A stretch of 64,000 bases of DNA from Eledone cirrhosa (lineage: Eukaryota): contig OZ024742.1 in NCBI GenBank assembly GCA_964016885.1, positions 271,188,001 to 271,252,000 of the forward strand, given 5' to 3'. The translations under genes were made by a program, and so were the position numbers. Shown here in pieces: positions 39,765-53,346 of the stretch (the first letter of the stretch is position 1; the number at the start of each line of letters is the position of its first letter). Below the pieces are notes generated by a model. That model was not told the origin of the DNA, did no database searches, and saw only the letters and a list, made by a program, of their open reading frames with translations.

Positions 39765-40920
39765 CAGTATATTTTTTAATATTTTTTTTTTATATTTTTT
39801 AATATTTTTTTTATATTTTTTTAATATATTTTTAATATTTTTGATATATTGATATCTGTTGTCTATTCTATGCTTGAACGATAATCATGTAAGTGAGGGC
39901 AAGAATATTATTATTAATATGAATGTACACTTTATGTCTATATATGTATGTATGTACATATATGTATGGTGGAATCTTTTGTAACGCAATGAAGCTTTTC
40001 ATGAAAATATGTTTTTACAGAGCCGTTCACGTATATTCACATGTGTGTCCATAATTGTCAACTTGAATTTGAGATAACCTTCTCTTTTCTCTTTTTCTTT
40101 TTTCATGAAAATACATATATACTTATGTATTTCAGTATTTTTGAAGTTTTATCTCAGATTTTGCTTATAAACCTAAGAATTTTTAAACTAAACATGGGGT
40201 CATTATTTTTTCATTTTATTTTTTCACACATTATTGATATGTGTCTCATTCATGAATATTGATATCTACATTGTAATACCTAATTCATATGAATTGATAA
40301 TTCAAATCGACGAGACATGATATTTTAAATATATTTTAAATATATCATATTTCTTTCTTTTTCTCCTCTACACTTGACGGGACTTATATATCGGCTGTTT
40401 TTTAACTGTATCTCTCCCACCTCGTATGATACATATTACTCGATCTACCTCTTTTCTACCACCACATATATCTCTCTCTACCTCTCTTTATTTATCATAT
40501 TTCTCACAGTATCCTTAACACTATAACTAAATAAATAAATAAATAAATAAATAATTACAGTACCCCCTTCCCTCCTTAATATCTCATTTGTACGCTGATC
40601 ATCTGTCTCCAAGCTGCCTATCATTTTTCACTCCCTCAATATATTTCTCTCTCCCATATCTCTATCTCTCTATCTCGCTCTGTTGCTTTCTTTGCATACA
40701 TCTCTTCATCTTCTTCTCTAACTGTCCTGAGCGCTATACACTTTCTTTCTTCTTCTATTCTTTTTTTCTTTTTTTCTTCTTTTTTTCTTCTTTTTTTCTT
40801 CATTCTCTTCGTCCTTCTTTTTAACTGTCCTCAACATTTTCACTACCAAATCAACTTTTTAAATGGAAGTTGCACTGTTCTAGGTATGTGAAATTTATTT
40901 ATAAAACGGCTTATATATTG

Positions 40921-40986
40921 TATTTTGTCTGAGGAAGGCATACCATATTTTTAATATGGTATCCCTGAAATATATATAATGAAATA
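40921..40986 (+). ncRNA. Hammerhead ribozyme in Naiad-like pLTR downstream of the 38.5-kb element
   Basis: TATTTTGT-CTGAGGA-AGGCATACCATATT..AATATGGTATCCCT-GAA-ATATATAT-A-ATGAAATA. Confidence 0.7.
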
Positions 40987-41212
40987 AATATGGTTTTATA
41001 AATATAGTTTCCATTTGTTTAATATCGTAAACCTACTCCAAAATCTGTTGAGTGCTTTTATATCAGTTATAAAATATTTACTCGTTGTAACCCTACAATT
41101 TTAAATAAAACTTTTTGTGTATATATATATATATATATATCGTAACTCGTGTGCTTCCTCTCCACATTTTATTATTATATATATATATATATATATACAT
41201 ATTATTTCCACG

Positions 41213-41359
<147 letters not shown>

Positions 41360-43014
41360 CTCTAGTGTGTGTGCATGTGTATCTGCGTTTGTAAAAGGAT
41401 GAAACTGGGTCACGTACACATTCAGTATTGGAAGAAGTTACCAATCAGTAGAGTAATGAAATTATTGTCTGATAAACGTGCGGTTGCGGGTGTTTTGGGT
41501 GTGTGGTTTGTATTGTTAACGTGAGTGAATTATAAGTGTGTGCATATACGCATGCGTTTATATATGTACGAGGAGGCACATAGGGTGTGTGAGAGGAAGT
41601 GTTATGGATATGAGTATGTGTGTCTCTATATGTAGTTATATGTATGTATTTCCAAGAGATTTTTACATATATATACATATTTTTCCTTAAAGAATTATTT
41701 TTCATTCCTGCCACTGCCTCCCCTCTTTCTATTTCTTAAATTTCTCAGTTTAGTTTCTGATGAAGGAACATCATCCTAAAGGCAAAGATTATTTTCCTAC
41801 TAGATCAAGCATAAAACTTCTATATTTCTTCATTGCACTCTGCCGTTTGCTGTGTTACTTCTGTTTGGCTTTCGCATACGTATATGTATATATGTATATA
41901 TGTATGTCCGTATGCCTGATGTTTTGGTTGTTTGAGTGGAAAAGGGTATTGTTAGATACAGATGAATAAATGAAGCAAGAAAGAATGTAAGAAAGAAGGA
42001 AAGAAGGAAAAGAAAACGTAGAGAAGAAAGATGCGTAAGAAAATATGACGAATAAAATACGAAACGCAGAATTGGTGAAAAAGTGAATATGTTAGGTTCA
42101 ACCTGATATGTGGACTATTATCCTCGCTGATCATGACGGAAATCTAGATGATGAGTTTGAGAGTGATTTTACACATACCAATATCTTCCCAAATGATGAC
42201 TACTACAACTGAAACACTGCAACAGTTATCAAAAAAGCACATTCTAGTTAGTGGTGGAATATCCTGGTAGCGAAATTTGCAACGACGACATCAGATACAC
42301 TAATTTGCAAATGAATTTAATTACTCACTGAAATTGAAAAGAGAAATTGCACAATATATTGCAATTAGTTGAAGTCAACACATCGGTAAAAAAAAACGTT
42401 TTAGCTTCCGCCGTAGCGAATATCTAGTTGAATATACGGTATCCAATCGAATGAAACCTGACATCATCCTGCCTCTAATTACATTCATTTCGTTGAGTAA
42501 AAAATGTTCCTGTTTGAGGATACACAATCACTGGTTTACTGCATTTCCGACAGGATTTGGTGATAAGAGAGTCTTTTTAAATCTCTTCACAGGTAATATT
42601 CTTTTCGTTTCCTCCTTGTTTATCTTGTAGTTTAACCAGCGGCAATTCCAGATGAAGCAACCCCTAATGCTATTGTTTGGTCTTGTCGAATTTTAGACAA
42701 AAACATGTTTATGAAGTTTTTACCAGTTCCATCAGGAACAACAATAAAAGTTATGCCACAATTCTGTTGCATTATTAATTCATTCACATTGATATATACT
42801 GCTTATTGATCAACTAGTAGTTTGGGGTCGTTTTCGTTATGATAGGATATAAGGTTTTTTAATTTGTATGAGGTTTCACACTCAATTTCATTCTTTAGGC
42901 CATACATATTAATTCTATCAGTGTGGGGAAATCTTAATAAATGTCTTCTTATTTACAAGAAGTTCATCAAAGCCTTTGAGGCGGCTAACTACTGATAATT
43001 ATTTTCACGCACAG

Positions 43015-43200
43015 GGCGGTGGATTGGCAGTATCGGTAGAGAGTCGGACACCATGCTTTGCAGCACAGTTACGTCCCTTACGGACTGAGTTCAAATCCCG
43101 CCAAGGTTAACTTTGCCTTTCATCCTTACGGGTTCGTTAAAATAAAGTACTAGTAATACACTGGGATAATTGCTGTCCTTGTGCCAAATGTAGAAACAAT
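43015..43200 (+). mobile_element. tRNA-derived octopus-type SINE with degenerate target-site duplication
   Basis: A and B boxes plus the GCCTTTCATCCTT.CGGG core. Flanks are AATTATTTTCACGCACAGG and AATTATTTCCACGAACAGG. Confidence 0.85.
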
Positions 43201-43419
43201 TATTTCCACGAACAGGTTTGAGATGTCGGTCGGGTTGGAAGTCGTATCATGACTAGCGGGTGTAATATCAGTCAATTGAAATTTGTAGAGGGCCCCAATG
43301 TTATTTAATTCAAGAGAACGGGATCTCCGACCTGCACCGGATGGGTTTAATGCCGACTGTTTCATGGCTGGCATTTAACTCAGTACTACGATAATCGAAA
43401 CGGACGTCCACTTAAAGGA

Positions 43420-44020
43420 GCCTGCACAGTGCATTCCACATATGATTGCACTTCCACTGAAGCAGGTTGAGACGTTCAAGTATCTCGGGGTCGATTTCAC
43501 GAGTGATGGAAAGCAGGAGATTGAATTAAGAGAAAGAATTGCAACAGCTGGTGCAGTATTGCACCAGATTTAGCATTCGCTAGACAGAAAGCGAAACGTA
43601 TGTGTACAAGCGAAATTCACTGTCGAGTGTATTCGCTATTCGTGCCAACCTTTACAAAATCTGAATCTTGAGTTATGACGGAAATAATACATTCACGAAT
43701 ACGAGAGACGGAAAGGAGGTTCCCCCATACGGTCTTTGGAATAATGTTACTTGATAAAGTATGTAGCTTGAGGATAGCGCTTCTAATGTCCCGAATTAAG
43801 AGATCCCGGCTCCCATAATATGTGCATGTGGTTAAGATGTCATAGGAAAGAAACGGTGGGCAGATTCTATGGGCGAAACGAAATGAGAGGAGACCCATGT
43901 GTAGGCTCCGTGTAAGATGGTTGAATAACGTCAATGAGTTTGGCTGATCTCGCTTGGGGATCAAGCTGTATCACTGCAAGGAGTGATTGATGATTCTGCC
44001 CCAAGAACCTCTCACAAAAA
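43420..44020 (+). pseudogene. RTE-like LINE ORF C-terminal remnant
   Basis: LKQVETFKYLGVDFTSDGKQEIELRERIATAGAVL, and a later RRPMCRLRVRWLNNV (R.GRP..RW-like). Confidence 0.7.
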
Positions 44021-44024
44021 GATG

Positions 44025-44075
<51 letters not shown>

Positions 44076-44190
44076 ATGTAAATATCTCTCTGAGTACTAA
44101 GTACCCATAGAGATATATAGGGTGTCTATAATATAATTATTGTTCTACGGTACTAATTCGAGATACCAGAACTATAAAAATTGATGAGCA

Positions 44191-44277
<87 letters not shown>

Positions 44278-44524
44278 TATATATATATATGATAAAGAAC
44301 ACAAGACCGTCTACAGCATCAATATATTTTTATTGGCTTAAAATGTTTCTTCCTTACGTAACCGTAGGCTTCTTCAGAGCTATAAAAGGGGTTTGATTGG
44401 TGTTATGGACTCTACCAACCAAATATTCAAGAACAATATATATATTTAATAAAATAACAGATTAAAGTTTAACCAAAGAATCGCTGCTTTCACCCTTAAC
44501 GGGATCTTCTGAGAGTATCCAACT

Positions 44525-44778
44525 GATAAGGTATGATCTTCCTGGGTATGTCTCTATTTATAAAATAAATTTTGTATTTTATCTGAAGATAGCGTACGAA
44601 AGTTTTTTAGTACCCTTGAAATATATATAATAAAATAAATATGGTTTTATATATATAGTTTTTATTTATTTAATATCATTGAATATTTACTCCAGGAAAA
44701 ACTGTTGAGTGTTCTAAATCTGTTATAAATATTTATATTTATATTTGTCGGATTTCCAACAAATTAAATACCCCTTCT
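44525..44778 (+). mobile_element. Solo Naiad-like pLTR with HHR (44575-44637)
   Basis: Reverse-complement similarity to 3180-3425. The HHR reads TATTTTAT-CTGAAGA-..GTAC..GTAC..-GAA-ATATATAT-A-ATAAAATA. Confidence 0.75.
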
Positions 44779-45207
44779 GTTTCGTACTTGTTGGTCCATA
44801 TCAAAGCTCAGCACTCCTCCTGTCTACTGAAAATTATGAACGTTGGATGATTCTAAAATTCCAGTAATAATCAGGAACTGATTATACAGAGCGGTTGCCG
44901 GTCCAGCAAAAATTGAAAATTAGAATTGGTGCTCTGAAATAGCGATATATATATGTATGAATGTATATATATTGTATATTGCTATACAATGTATGCTTAA
45001 TTAAAAGCATTTTTAAGACATTACGCTATTGTTTTAAAGTAGTGGCAATGACACTTACTTCTATTTTCAGCAAACAAGTGGAGGTAAGTTGACAGAGCTC
45101 TGTTTCGTACTTGTTGGTACTTAACAAAGCTCAGCACTCCTCCTGTCTAATGAAAATTATGAATGTTGATTTCATGTGTGTGTGTGTGTGTGTGTGATTT
45201 GCAAGCT

Positions 45208-48200
45208 TTGAATATCCTTAATTTTCGAGATAATATCTCTTCTTCAGAAGGATGTAAAGGGGTTAATCCAGTGTTCTAATTAGCTTTGCAAGTCAGAAAT
45301 AGAATGAAATGTATATACTCTTTCCTGTCAGCATGAATTGGATTAACTCCTTTACTTCCACTGAAGAAGAGATATTATCTCGAAAATTAAGGATATTCAA
45401 ATAAATTTATGGTAAAAGACTAATTCTCAGCGATATCTTTTGCATTTGTATTTAATTTCTATATCCATACCTGCATAGTTCTGGCCTTCTAACTCCAAAC
45501 GTTTATATTTCACTACGCAATGTTTCAAGTAAACTACAATTTCCTTCTTTCCTTACGCCTCAGCCAGGCCCAGTTTACAACTGTAAAGAAACTCTTCCAG
45601 CTATCTGAAAGGCACGCCAAAGCTGGCTGAGAAATAAACTTCCTCAAACGGTGCCTGAATAACAATATCATCCCCAAAACTATCAAAATCCTGCACCTAC
45701 CAACATGCTTCAAATCGCCAGGCCTCAAACGTTCACTTAGCTACATACACAAACACTGCCTAAGAAAACTTCTAATACAACTACACCTCACGCTACGACA
45801 ACACATACCGACAATTTCCAGCCTAGTACCACAACTCGCTGAAAACCCAGAACCTCTGCTCAGAGTAATTTCCACCGCTATAGACAAATCGCCGAGATTA
45901 CGAGAAACACCGCCTAAAGCAAAAATTTCTCAAACTCAGCAGGGCTGACCGTCCTAACAACAATCCAACTCTAAGCTCCAAAAGAGGCGAACAAGACGGT
46001 ACCAACATCGAACCTAGCGGTGCCCCGACCAACAACACACCTGACACAAAACACCTCGTCACAGAATTGACAGGATCCCTCTCCCGAGATGAACTAGACC
46101 TCCTCGGCCTGGGTCCCAAGTTCATATTAAAACAGAGATTGGACGACAAATTATGGCTCGACATAGAAAAGAATTTCTGTCGGGCCACCTACCAGCTAAA
46201 ATGGATATCGACCCTCGGCAACAAAAACAGGGAATCTAACACATCCAGATTCCCGATATACAAACGGGATCACCCACTCTGTTCACCGCCTGCCACCGCA
46301 AGCTGGAAGAAAAATTATCGAGGTTAAACATTCCGTATTTGACATCTGACGGAAACAGAATAAGATAGCCCCAAAATACTCCAGGACGCAACAACTCGCC
46401 CTGAAGATCCTGCGGAATAGGGAACTATTAAACTTACCATCTGACAAAGGTCAAGACTTTTGTGTCATCTCTCAAGCCACATACAACAACCTAGCCTTTG
46501 AACACTTAAGCGACAACGAACTACATACAGAGGTCCTGGACATAACTGCAGACCAGATCTAAAAACAGGCCAACTCCATCTGGTTTGACATCTGTAGTAG
46601 AAGACAACTCCCAAATAAATGTAAGTCCAATTACACCACTAGTAATAGAAGACTGCCCAATTTCTATCACCTCATCAAGACCCACAAGAATAGTACTAAG
46701 ACACGAATAAGACCCATCGTCTCTAGCATAGAAGGGCCTCTATACAAAATCTCCTGGCTCCTCTCCCAGGTCCTCAAGCCTCTACTCTCCACCTTTCCCG
46801 GACATGGCAGTAGCTCCGATGAGGTCATACGTAGACTACACCAACTCCAGCCAGAACAACTTAAACACAATAGATACGCCTTTAGCCTCGACGTTGTCTC
46901 CCTCTATACTACAGTTCCCGCTCATCCAGCTGTCGATTTATTGACGGAATGCGTGGTCGCCGAAGACCTCCACTGCTACGGCCTCCATCCGACCGACATA
47001 AATCAGCTTTTGTCCTTCACAGTGAACAACACGTACTTCACCTTCGACCACCACACATACAGACAGACAATGGGATTACCCATAGGATCTAGCCTATCGG
47101 GCCTGCTGGCCATCACTTATATGAATCAGCTGGAATGTCGAGCCCTCTACATCTGCCATACCTATACCTTATTCACCCTATATGTAGATGACATACTCAT
47201 CCTTTCATCATCCCGTGGGTCTTATACGTGTCTTAGTACTATTCTTGTGGGTCTTGATGAGGTGATAGAAAGTGGGCAGTATGCCATTTCTAGTGGTGTA
47301 ATTGGACTTACATGACATTCTCCAGCATGGACGCACATATAAAGTTAAGCATGGAAGACCCGGATGACCGCGGATCCCAATCCCTATTGGACTTCCAACT
47401 CAGGGTTACAGAGGAAGGCGACATCCACATCTGCTTCTATAAAAAAGCCGCAAGCAGGGACCTCTTCGTACATTTCAAATCAGCCCTCCCAGTCAGCGCT
47501 AAATTCAGATACATAAGGAACGAACTAACACGTATCCGGAACAAATGCACCGACACAAGAAACCGAGATACACACATCACACATTTCCTGGAAGTACTTG
47601 AACTGACTGAACGGATACCCGACCTCCACCACGAACCGTGCCAGAACCAACAGAGGACACCACACTCGATGCACTAACAGGTGCTTCCTGAAGCTCCCAA
47701 ACGTCAGCGACGAAACAACAACAGCCATCCGCAGAGCTATCAGACGAGAAGGACTACGTATCCAGCTAGCCCACTCAGGACCTTCTCTACGCGGACAGAT
47801 AACCAAGAGACACTCCACCAGACATGACAACCGTTGCACGCTCGTCAACTGCCCCATCAACGGCACAGATCTATGGCACCAGGCTTACGTCGTATACAGA
47901 TTAGAGTACGAGCAATTTCTACATAGGAAGCACCACCAGACCACTTCACATTAGAATAAAAGAACACCTCGACACTAATGCTTCCTCATTTAAGAAACAC
48001 CTAGTGAAATGCAAAAACACCGACAAAGACATAATAGGTAGGATAGAAGCTAAGGAAAGAAACCTCGGCAATCTTAGAATTAAAGAAGCACTAATTATAG
48101 ACAAAACGCAACCATAAATCAATAACAGACTAGAACTCAACGCCCAATGTTTAACATAATAGAGCACCTAGCCCCACACTTACACCTCCACGTATCTTGA

Positions 48201-48695
48201 CATACACACACACACACACACAAACACATACACACACGCACACTTGCACCTTCACTTATTCTCACACACACACACACATACACACAGATAGACCAGTTTT
48301 AACATGATAGAGCATCTAACCCCCACATTTACATATCCTCACACACACACACGGATGCTTACACCTTCACGTATTCTACCACGTACACTTAGACATACAT
48401 GTCCAAACCCCTTTAAAGGGAGACAACCCTTTATCCACCTAACCTTCACTATTTGACATTAGAAATAGAATGGAATGTATATACTATTTCCGGTCAGCAT
48501 GACTTGGCAACCTAATTAGAACACTGGATAAACCCATTTACTTCCCTCTGAAGAAGAGATATTATCTCGAAAATTAAGGATATTCAAATAAATGTAAGAT
48601 AAAATACTAATTGTCAGCGATATATTTTGCATTTGTATTTAAATTCTATATCCATACCTGCATTGTTCTAGCCTTACAACTCCAAACGTTTATAT
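45208..48695 (+). mobile_element. Near full-length decayed Penelope-like element with inverted + direct pLTRs, each with a minimal HHR (45214-45253 -, ~45355-45395 +, ~48543-48581 +)
   Basis: GLGPKF, PSDKG, FYHLIKTHK, RPIVS, SLDVVSLYT.VP, QTMGLPIGSSLS, YVDD and VVYRL..FYIGSTTRPLHIRIKEH (GIY-YIG). 45295-45510 is repeated at 48460-48693. The HHR reads CTGAAGA-A-GAGAT(ATT)ATCTC-GAAAATT. Confidence 0.9.
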
Positions 48696-48924
48696 ATATA
48701 CAAAATATAGGAGTTCTCTAAAGGAGTTCTCTAAACTATATAGAGATTAATAATGTTAAGGTCGAGTTAGAAGCTATCGTGTTAAATTCAAAACACTTTA
48801 TTATATCTAGCTGTACTATAATACAGGTGGTGTGTATATAAACACAAATTAATCTGGATACCTAAATATGGAATGTTACGCGATGAACCAAAACACACAC
48901 ACACAGCCCCGGAGGAGGAGAAGA

Positions 48925-49275
48925 GAAACGCGCGGTAAAAGCATTCCAACCTGCGGCTGGCCAGCTCAGCGCCTATGGTGGGGAGTATGGTGGTATCCCT
49001 GGGGCCGAGGACACCAGAAGACTCCACTGCCACGAGTACAACGGCGAACCTATCGGAGAGCGACCGGTATTTGAGGAGCTTGGTCTCCTCAGCCCGACGT
49101 GCAGCAGAACCTGGGTTAGTCGCAGACTGCACCAGGTTGCGGGTGCAGAAAGTGTCGGTGCAAGTAGCATCCCAGACGAGGAGGTGTGCAACCGCGGAAC
49201 GGGAAGATGGTCATGACATTTGGCCTTTTGCCGTCCCCTCGATCCAGCCCCACCGGCTCGAGCTGGGAAGGCAAG
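48925..49275 (-). pseudogene. CRE-clade restriction-like endonuclease fragment
   Basis: WDATCTDTF...PGSAARRAEETKLLKYRSL..RFAVVLVAVESSGVLGP. Confidence 0.75.
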
Positions 49276-49445
49276 TTTAATACATTTAATTGCTGACATT
49301 TTTATCTTCCAGATGGATATCTGGAATCATCGGAGCATAGAGAATGTTCAAACGGGTAATTAAAATCCTAGTCTTCAGAGCATTTATGTAAATACATAAC
49401 TACTGCCAGTTTATTATTATATTATTATATTATTACTACTACTAC

Positions 49446-49523
<78 letters not shown>

Positions 49524-49717
49524 ATAATAATAAATTTGAAGACTAAAATCCAAAGAGGGCTCGATAAGGATAAATATATATCAAATATATAAAAACAGTA
49601 GAGCAAATATTTATTAAAATAACAGATTAAAGTTTAAGCAAAGAATCGCTGCTTTCACCCTTAACGGGATCTTCTGAAACTAGCGATTATTTGCTTAAAC
49701 TTTAATCTGTTATTTTA

Positions 49718-49803
<86 letters not shown>

Positions 49804-49808
<5 letters not shown>

Positions 49809-50323
49809 AAAGAATAGAGGTGTAACACACAAGTTATTATATATTGGTAAACGGAATAGAAAATGCTGACAAATTGTTCACAGTTGAAAAATGGTTTAAT
49901 TAGGAATAAAAGAGTATTAGTGATTGTATGGGTTAGTATTCAGTTGTGGTTTTAAGTTTTTATGTTTTTACCGGTTGCGCATTTCTAAATGCTTTTCAAA
50001 AATAATTTTGAGATAGAGTGTCCGTGCTGTTTGCTCTGATCTGATTAGTTTTGGGAATTCTACCTGTTTTTATGTTTAAAAAATGGCTCCAGCGTTATTT
50101 TTGTGTTGCAAAAATGCTTGTGGTCAAAACAATTTTGATTGGTCGGTAGAGGTCATGTAAATGTAAAAAGTTGATTTTGCGCCAAGACTGTTTTTATGTT
50201 AAAATGTTAGAAAAGTGGCTCCAGCAAAAATTATGGTCAAAACAATTTTGATTGGTCGGTAGAGGTCATGTGGATAAAAAATTGGTTTTGCGCCAAGATT
50301 GAGAGATGACTCTTTCACAACAA

Positions 50324-50367
<44 letters not shown>

Positions 50368-50436
50368 TAGTAGTAGTAAGGTGTTCGATGCTGCGACAAT
50401 AGCCACCAGCGATGTGTGTCAAATGGCTATTAAGAT

Positions 50437-50478
<42 letters not shown>

Positions 50479-50771
50479 ACATACACACAGCAGAGTCATT
50501 CGAAGGTCAAAAGATATTGTTCAGCTTTTGTCTTATACGGAGAAGTGCGTGTGTGTGTGTGTGTGTGTATAAGTCTCTTTGTATGTTGATGTACGCGTGT
50601 GCATGTGTTTGTGCATACATGTGTGTGCGTGTGTGTGTGCGTGTGTGGGTGGACCAGTATTTTTTTCCCCCCTGGTAAAATGGTGTACATTATTCGATTT
50701 TTTCAGGAAAATCGGTTCTCTTAATAGAACATCAACAATCTTAACAATAAAAGGTGTGAAATGATATTCAC

Positions 50772-50816
<45 letters not shown>

Positions 50817-52787
50817 TTTCACTACATATATACATATATATATATACATATACACATACACACACATGCACATATATTTTTTTGTATTGCACCATAGAGC
50901 ATGTGTGTTTACGTGTGTCATTGTGTTTATATGTGGGTAGAGATGTGTGCTGATGTAGGTATGTATGTTGACGTGTGTATGTTGTGGGTTCGTCTTAGGG
51001 AGAAGTGTTTAGACGGGGTCCGTATTTGTTAATGAAGTAAGATTCCTTGCTGATGCGCTGGGTGTGGGTGGCATTATCTTTAAATTTGTAGAGGGGAAAG
51101 ATTCTGAAGTTGGGATGATTTGGGGCGGCGCAGGTATCAATGTGTTCACTCAGTGGTATTTTCCTGTATTCCCGTATTTTAATTTGGGATCTATGGACAG
51201 TCATGCGTTGGCGGAGGCTGTTTTTGGTCTGGCCTATGTATTGTTCTCGACAACCTGAACAAGTTAATACATATATTAAATTTTCCGATGCACATGTGAA
51301 ATTGTGTTTTACTATAAAACGTTGTCCATCTTTGAAATAGAATTCCGAACCCTCTATTAGGTTGATGCAAATGCCACAGTTGGGTCTATCGCATTTTTTT
51401 ACTGTGGGTTTCGTTGTTGTGGTTGGCAGTACTTTGGCATGTGTTAAGATGTTTTTCATTGACTTGGATTGTCTTTTGCTCTTTATGATATCGTGTGTTC
51501 GTAGAATTTGGTTCATTCTATGGTCCTTTTTCAATACAGGGATGTTCTGGAGGATGGTGTCAAAGGCCTCGTTGTTGAGGGGGTTGTGTGTGGAGATGTA
51601 TGGAAGAGCTTTTAGTTTTGGTTGATTTACTTTAGGGTGTCTAAGGTCCTGGGTACTGAGTTTTAGGGCACGTTGGATTCCATTGTCAATTAGTGATGCA
51701 GGGTAGTCCCTGCCTATGAGTGTGTCCTTTAGTTCTTGTAGCCGTAAGTAGCAGATGTTTTTATTGGAGACTATAGTACAGATTCTCTTGGCTAAGTTGT
51801 AGGGAATATTAATTTTAACGTGTCTAGGGTGGCAAGAGTTGAAGGGGAGGTATTGCTTGGAGTCTGTGGGCTTGTAGTATATGTCTGTTTCTATTTTTTT
51901 GTTATGGATCTTAATGAGGATGTCGAGGAAGGGGAGTTGTTGATGGCTGTATTCCATCGTGAAGTTAATATTTGTGTTGAGCCCATTTATAAGGGTGTGA
52001 AATTCTTTAAGTTTTCCGATGTTTTCGTGCCAAAGGATGAAGCAGTCATCAAGATATCGCTTCCAGTTCCTTTCAATGTGTAAGTGGAGGGTGTTTCCAA
52101 ATTTGTTTAGGACTTTAGTGTAGAGGGTGATTTCCAGGTATCCCATGACTAGATTGGCATACGTAGGGGCTGTTTTCGTTCCCATAGCGGTCCCAGATTT
52201 CTGCCTGTAGGGTTTGTTATTGAAAACGAAGTAATTGTTCTCCAAGATAAATTTGAGTCCCTCTATCACGAATTCTTTTTTGATGCGTTGTGGGAGTTCA
52301 TTGTGGAAGTTATCCAGCCAGAATTGGATAGCTTCTATTCCTAGGTTGTGGGGGATGTTGGAGTATAGGTTGACTACATCGAACGTCACTAGTAGGGTTT
52401 GTTCAGAAAGTGGCATATTAGGGAGGTGATTGAGCATATCTAGGTCGTCCCTTATATAGCTTTTGATGTGCTTGAGGAAGGGTTTGAGAAGGGTATCAAT
52501 GAAGTTGCTAAGACGGTGCGTTTCGCAAGCGGGGCCTGCTATTATTGGTCTTAATTTGAGATCATTGGGTGAGGGGACATTGATGACTATGTCAGATCTG
52601 AGCAAACAGCACGGACACTCTATCTCAAAATTATTTTTGAAAAGCATTTAGAAATGCGCAACCGGTAAAAACATAAAAACTTAAAACCACAACTGATACT
52701 AACCCATACAATCACTAATACTCTTTTATTCCTAATTAAACCATTTTTCAACTGTGAACAATTTGTCAGCATTTTCTATTCCGTTTA

Positions 52788-52795
<8 letters not shown>
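49804..52795 (-). mobile_element. 5'-truncated Neptune-like PLE with inverted pLTR segment (52592-52795) at its 5' end
   Basis: An RT+EN ORF, a 3' UTR of ~1.2 kb, and 52592-52795 as the reverse complement of ~49840-50043. Both ends lie in (TA)n. Confidence 0.9.
50995..52590 (-). CDS. Penelope-like reverse transcriptase + GIY-YIG endonuclease (uninterrupted but N-terminally truncated)
   Basis: LRPIIAG, TFDVVNLYSNIP, QKSGTAMGTKTAPTYAN, WKRYLDD, FLDI, YLPFNSCHP, CDRPNCGIC and LIYVLTCSGCREQYIGQT. The first ~18 aa of the listed ORF come from the inverted pLTR. Confidence 0.9.
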   Translation of the reverse strand: MVINVPSPNDLKLRPIIAGPACETHRLSNFIDTLLKPFLKHIKSYIRDDLDMLNHLPNMPLSEQTLLVTFDVVNLYSNIPHNLGIEAIQFWLDNFHNELPQRIKKEFVIEGLKFILENNYFVFNNKPYRQKSGTAMGTKTAPTYANLVMGYLEITLYTKVLNKFGNTLHLHIERNWKRYLDDCFILWHENIGKLKEFHTLINGLNTNINFTMEYSHQQLPFLDILIKIHNKKIETDIYYKPTDSKQYLPFNSCHPRHVKINIPYNLAKRICTIVSNKNICYLRLQELKDTLIGRDYPASLIDNGIQRALKLSTQDLRHPKVNQPKLKALPYISTHNPLNNEAFDTILQNIPVLKKDHRMNQILRTHDIIKSKRQSKSMKNILTHAKVLPTTTTKPTVKKCDRPNCGICINLIEGSEFYFKDGQRFIVKHNFTCASENLIYVLTCSGCREQYIGQTKNSLRQRMTVHRSQIKIREYRKIPLSEHIDTCAAPNHPNFRIFPLYKFKDNATHTQRISKESYFINKYGPRLNTSP

Positions 52796-52823
<28 letters not shown>

Positions 52824-52824
52824 G

Positions 52825-53259
52825 GACAAATTTGAACAGGGACAAAACAGAGAAGCAGTACAACGAATGTTTATTAATTTCACGCTCTGGAGAGTGGGGT
52901 GTTGGTGGGGGACGACGTTTCGGGCATAAGCCTTTCCTCAGGTGAGAAGTGTGTGGAAACAGAGTTCAAAGGGTGTGTAGGGGAGTGGTGGAGAGACATA
53001 TAGCGAAAGGAAACGGTGCGAATGAAAAAATAAAAAAATAAAGATAAAAATAAAAATAAAGCATGATCAATATACAAGGAAGGAAATAAATTTAAATATA
53101 AAAGCATGATCAAAATAAACTGAAATTAAAAGGGGGGTAAAACAGGTGGTGGAAGGGTGTGGGGTGTGTAGGGGTGGTGGTGGGTGAAGTGGGAGAGGGA
53201 GACAAGGTGTCCGAGCGGGGAGGGCTGAAGGTGGTGTGTGTGTGTAGGTGTACGTGTGT

Positions 53260-53291
<32 letters not shown>

Positions 53292-53305
53292 AGGTGTACG
53301 TGTGT

Positions 53306-53346
<41 letters not shown>

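Noticed and set aside
44470-44515. HHR-like CAGAAGA-TCCC..GGGT-GAAA (also ~49645-49680)
   Set aside because: The core has U4A in both copies and no convincing helix I or III; at best a relic.
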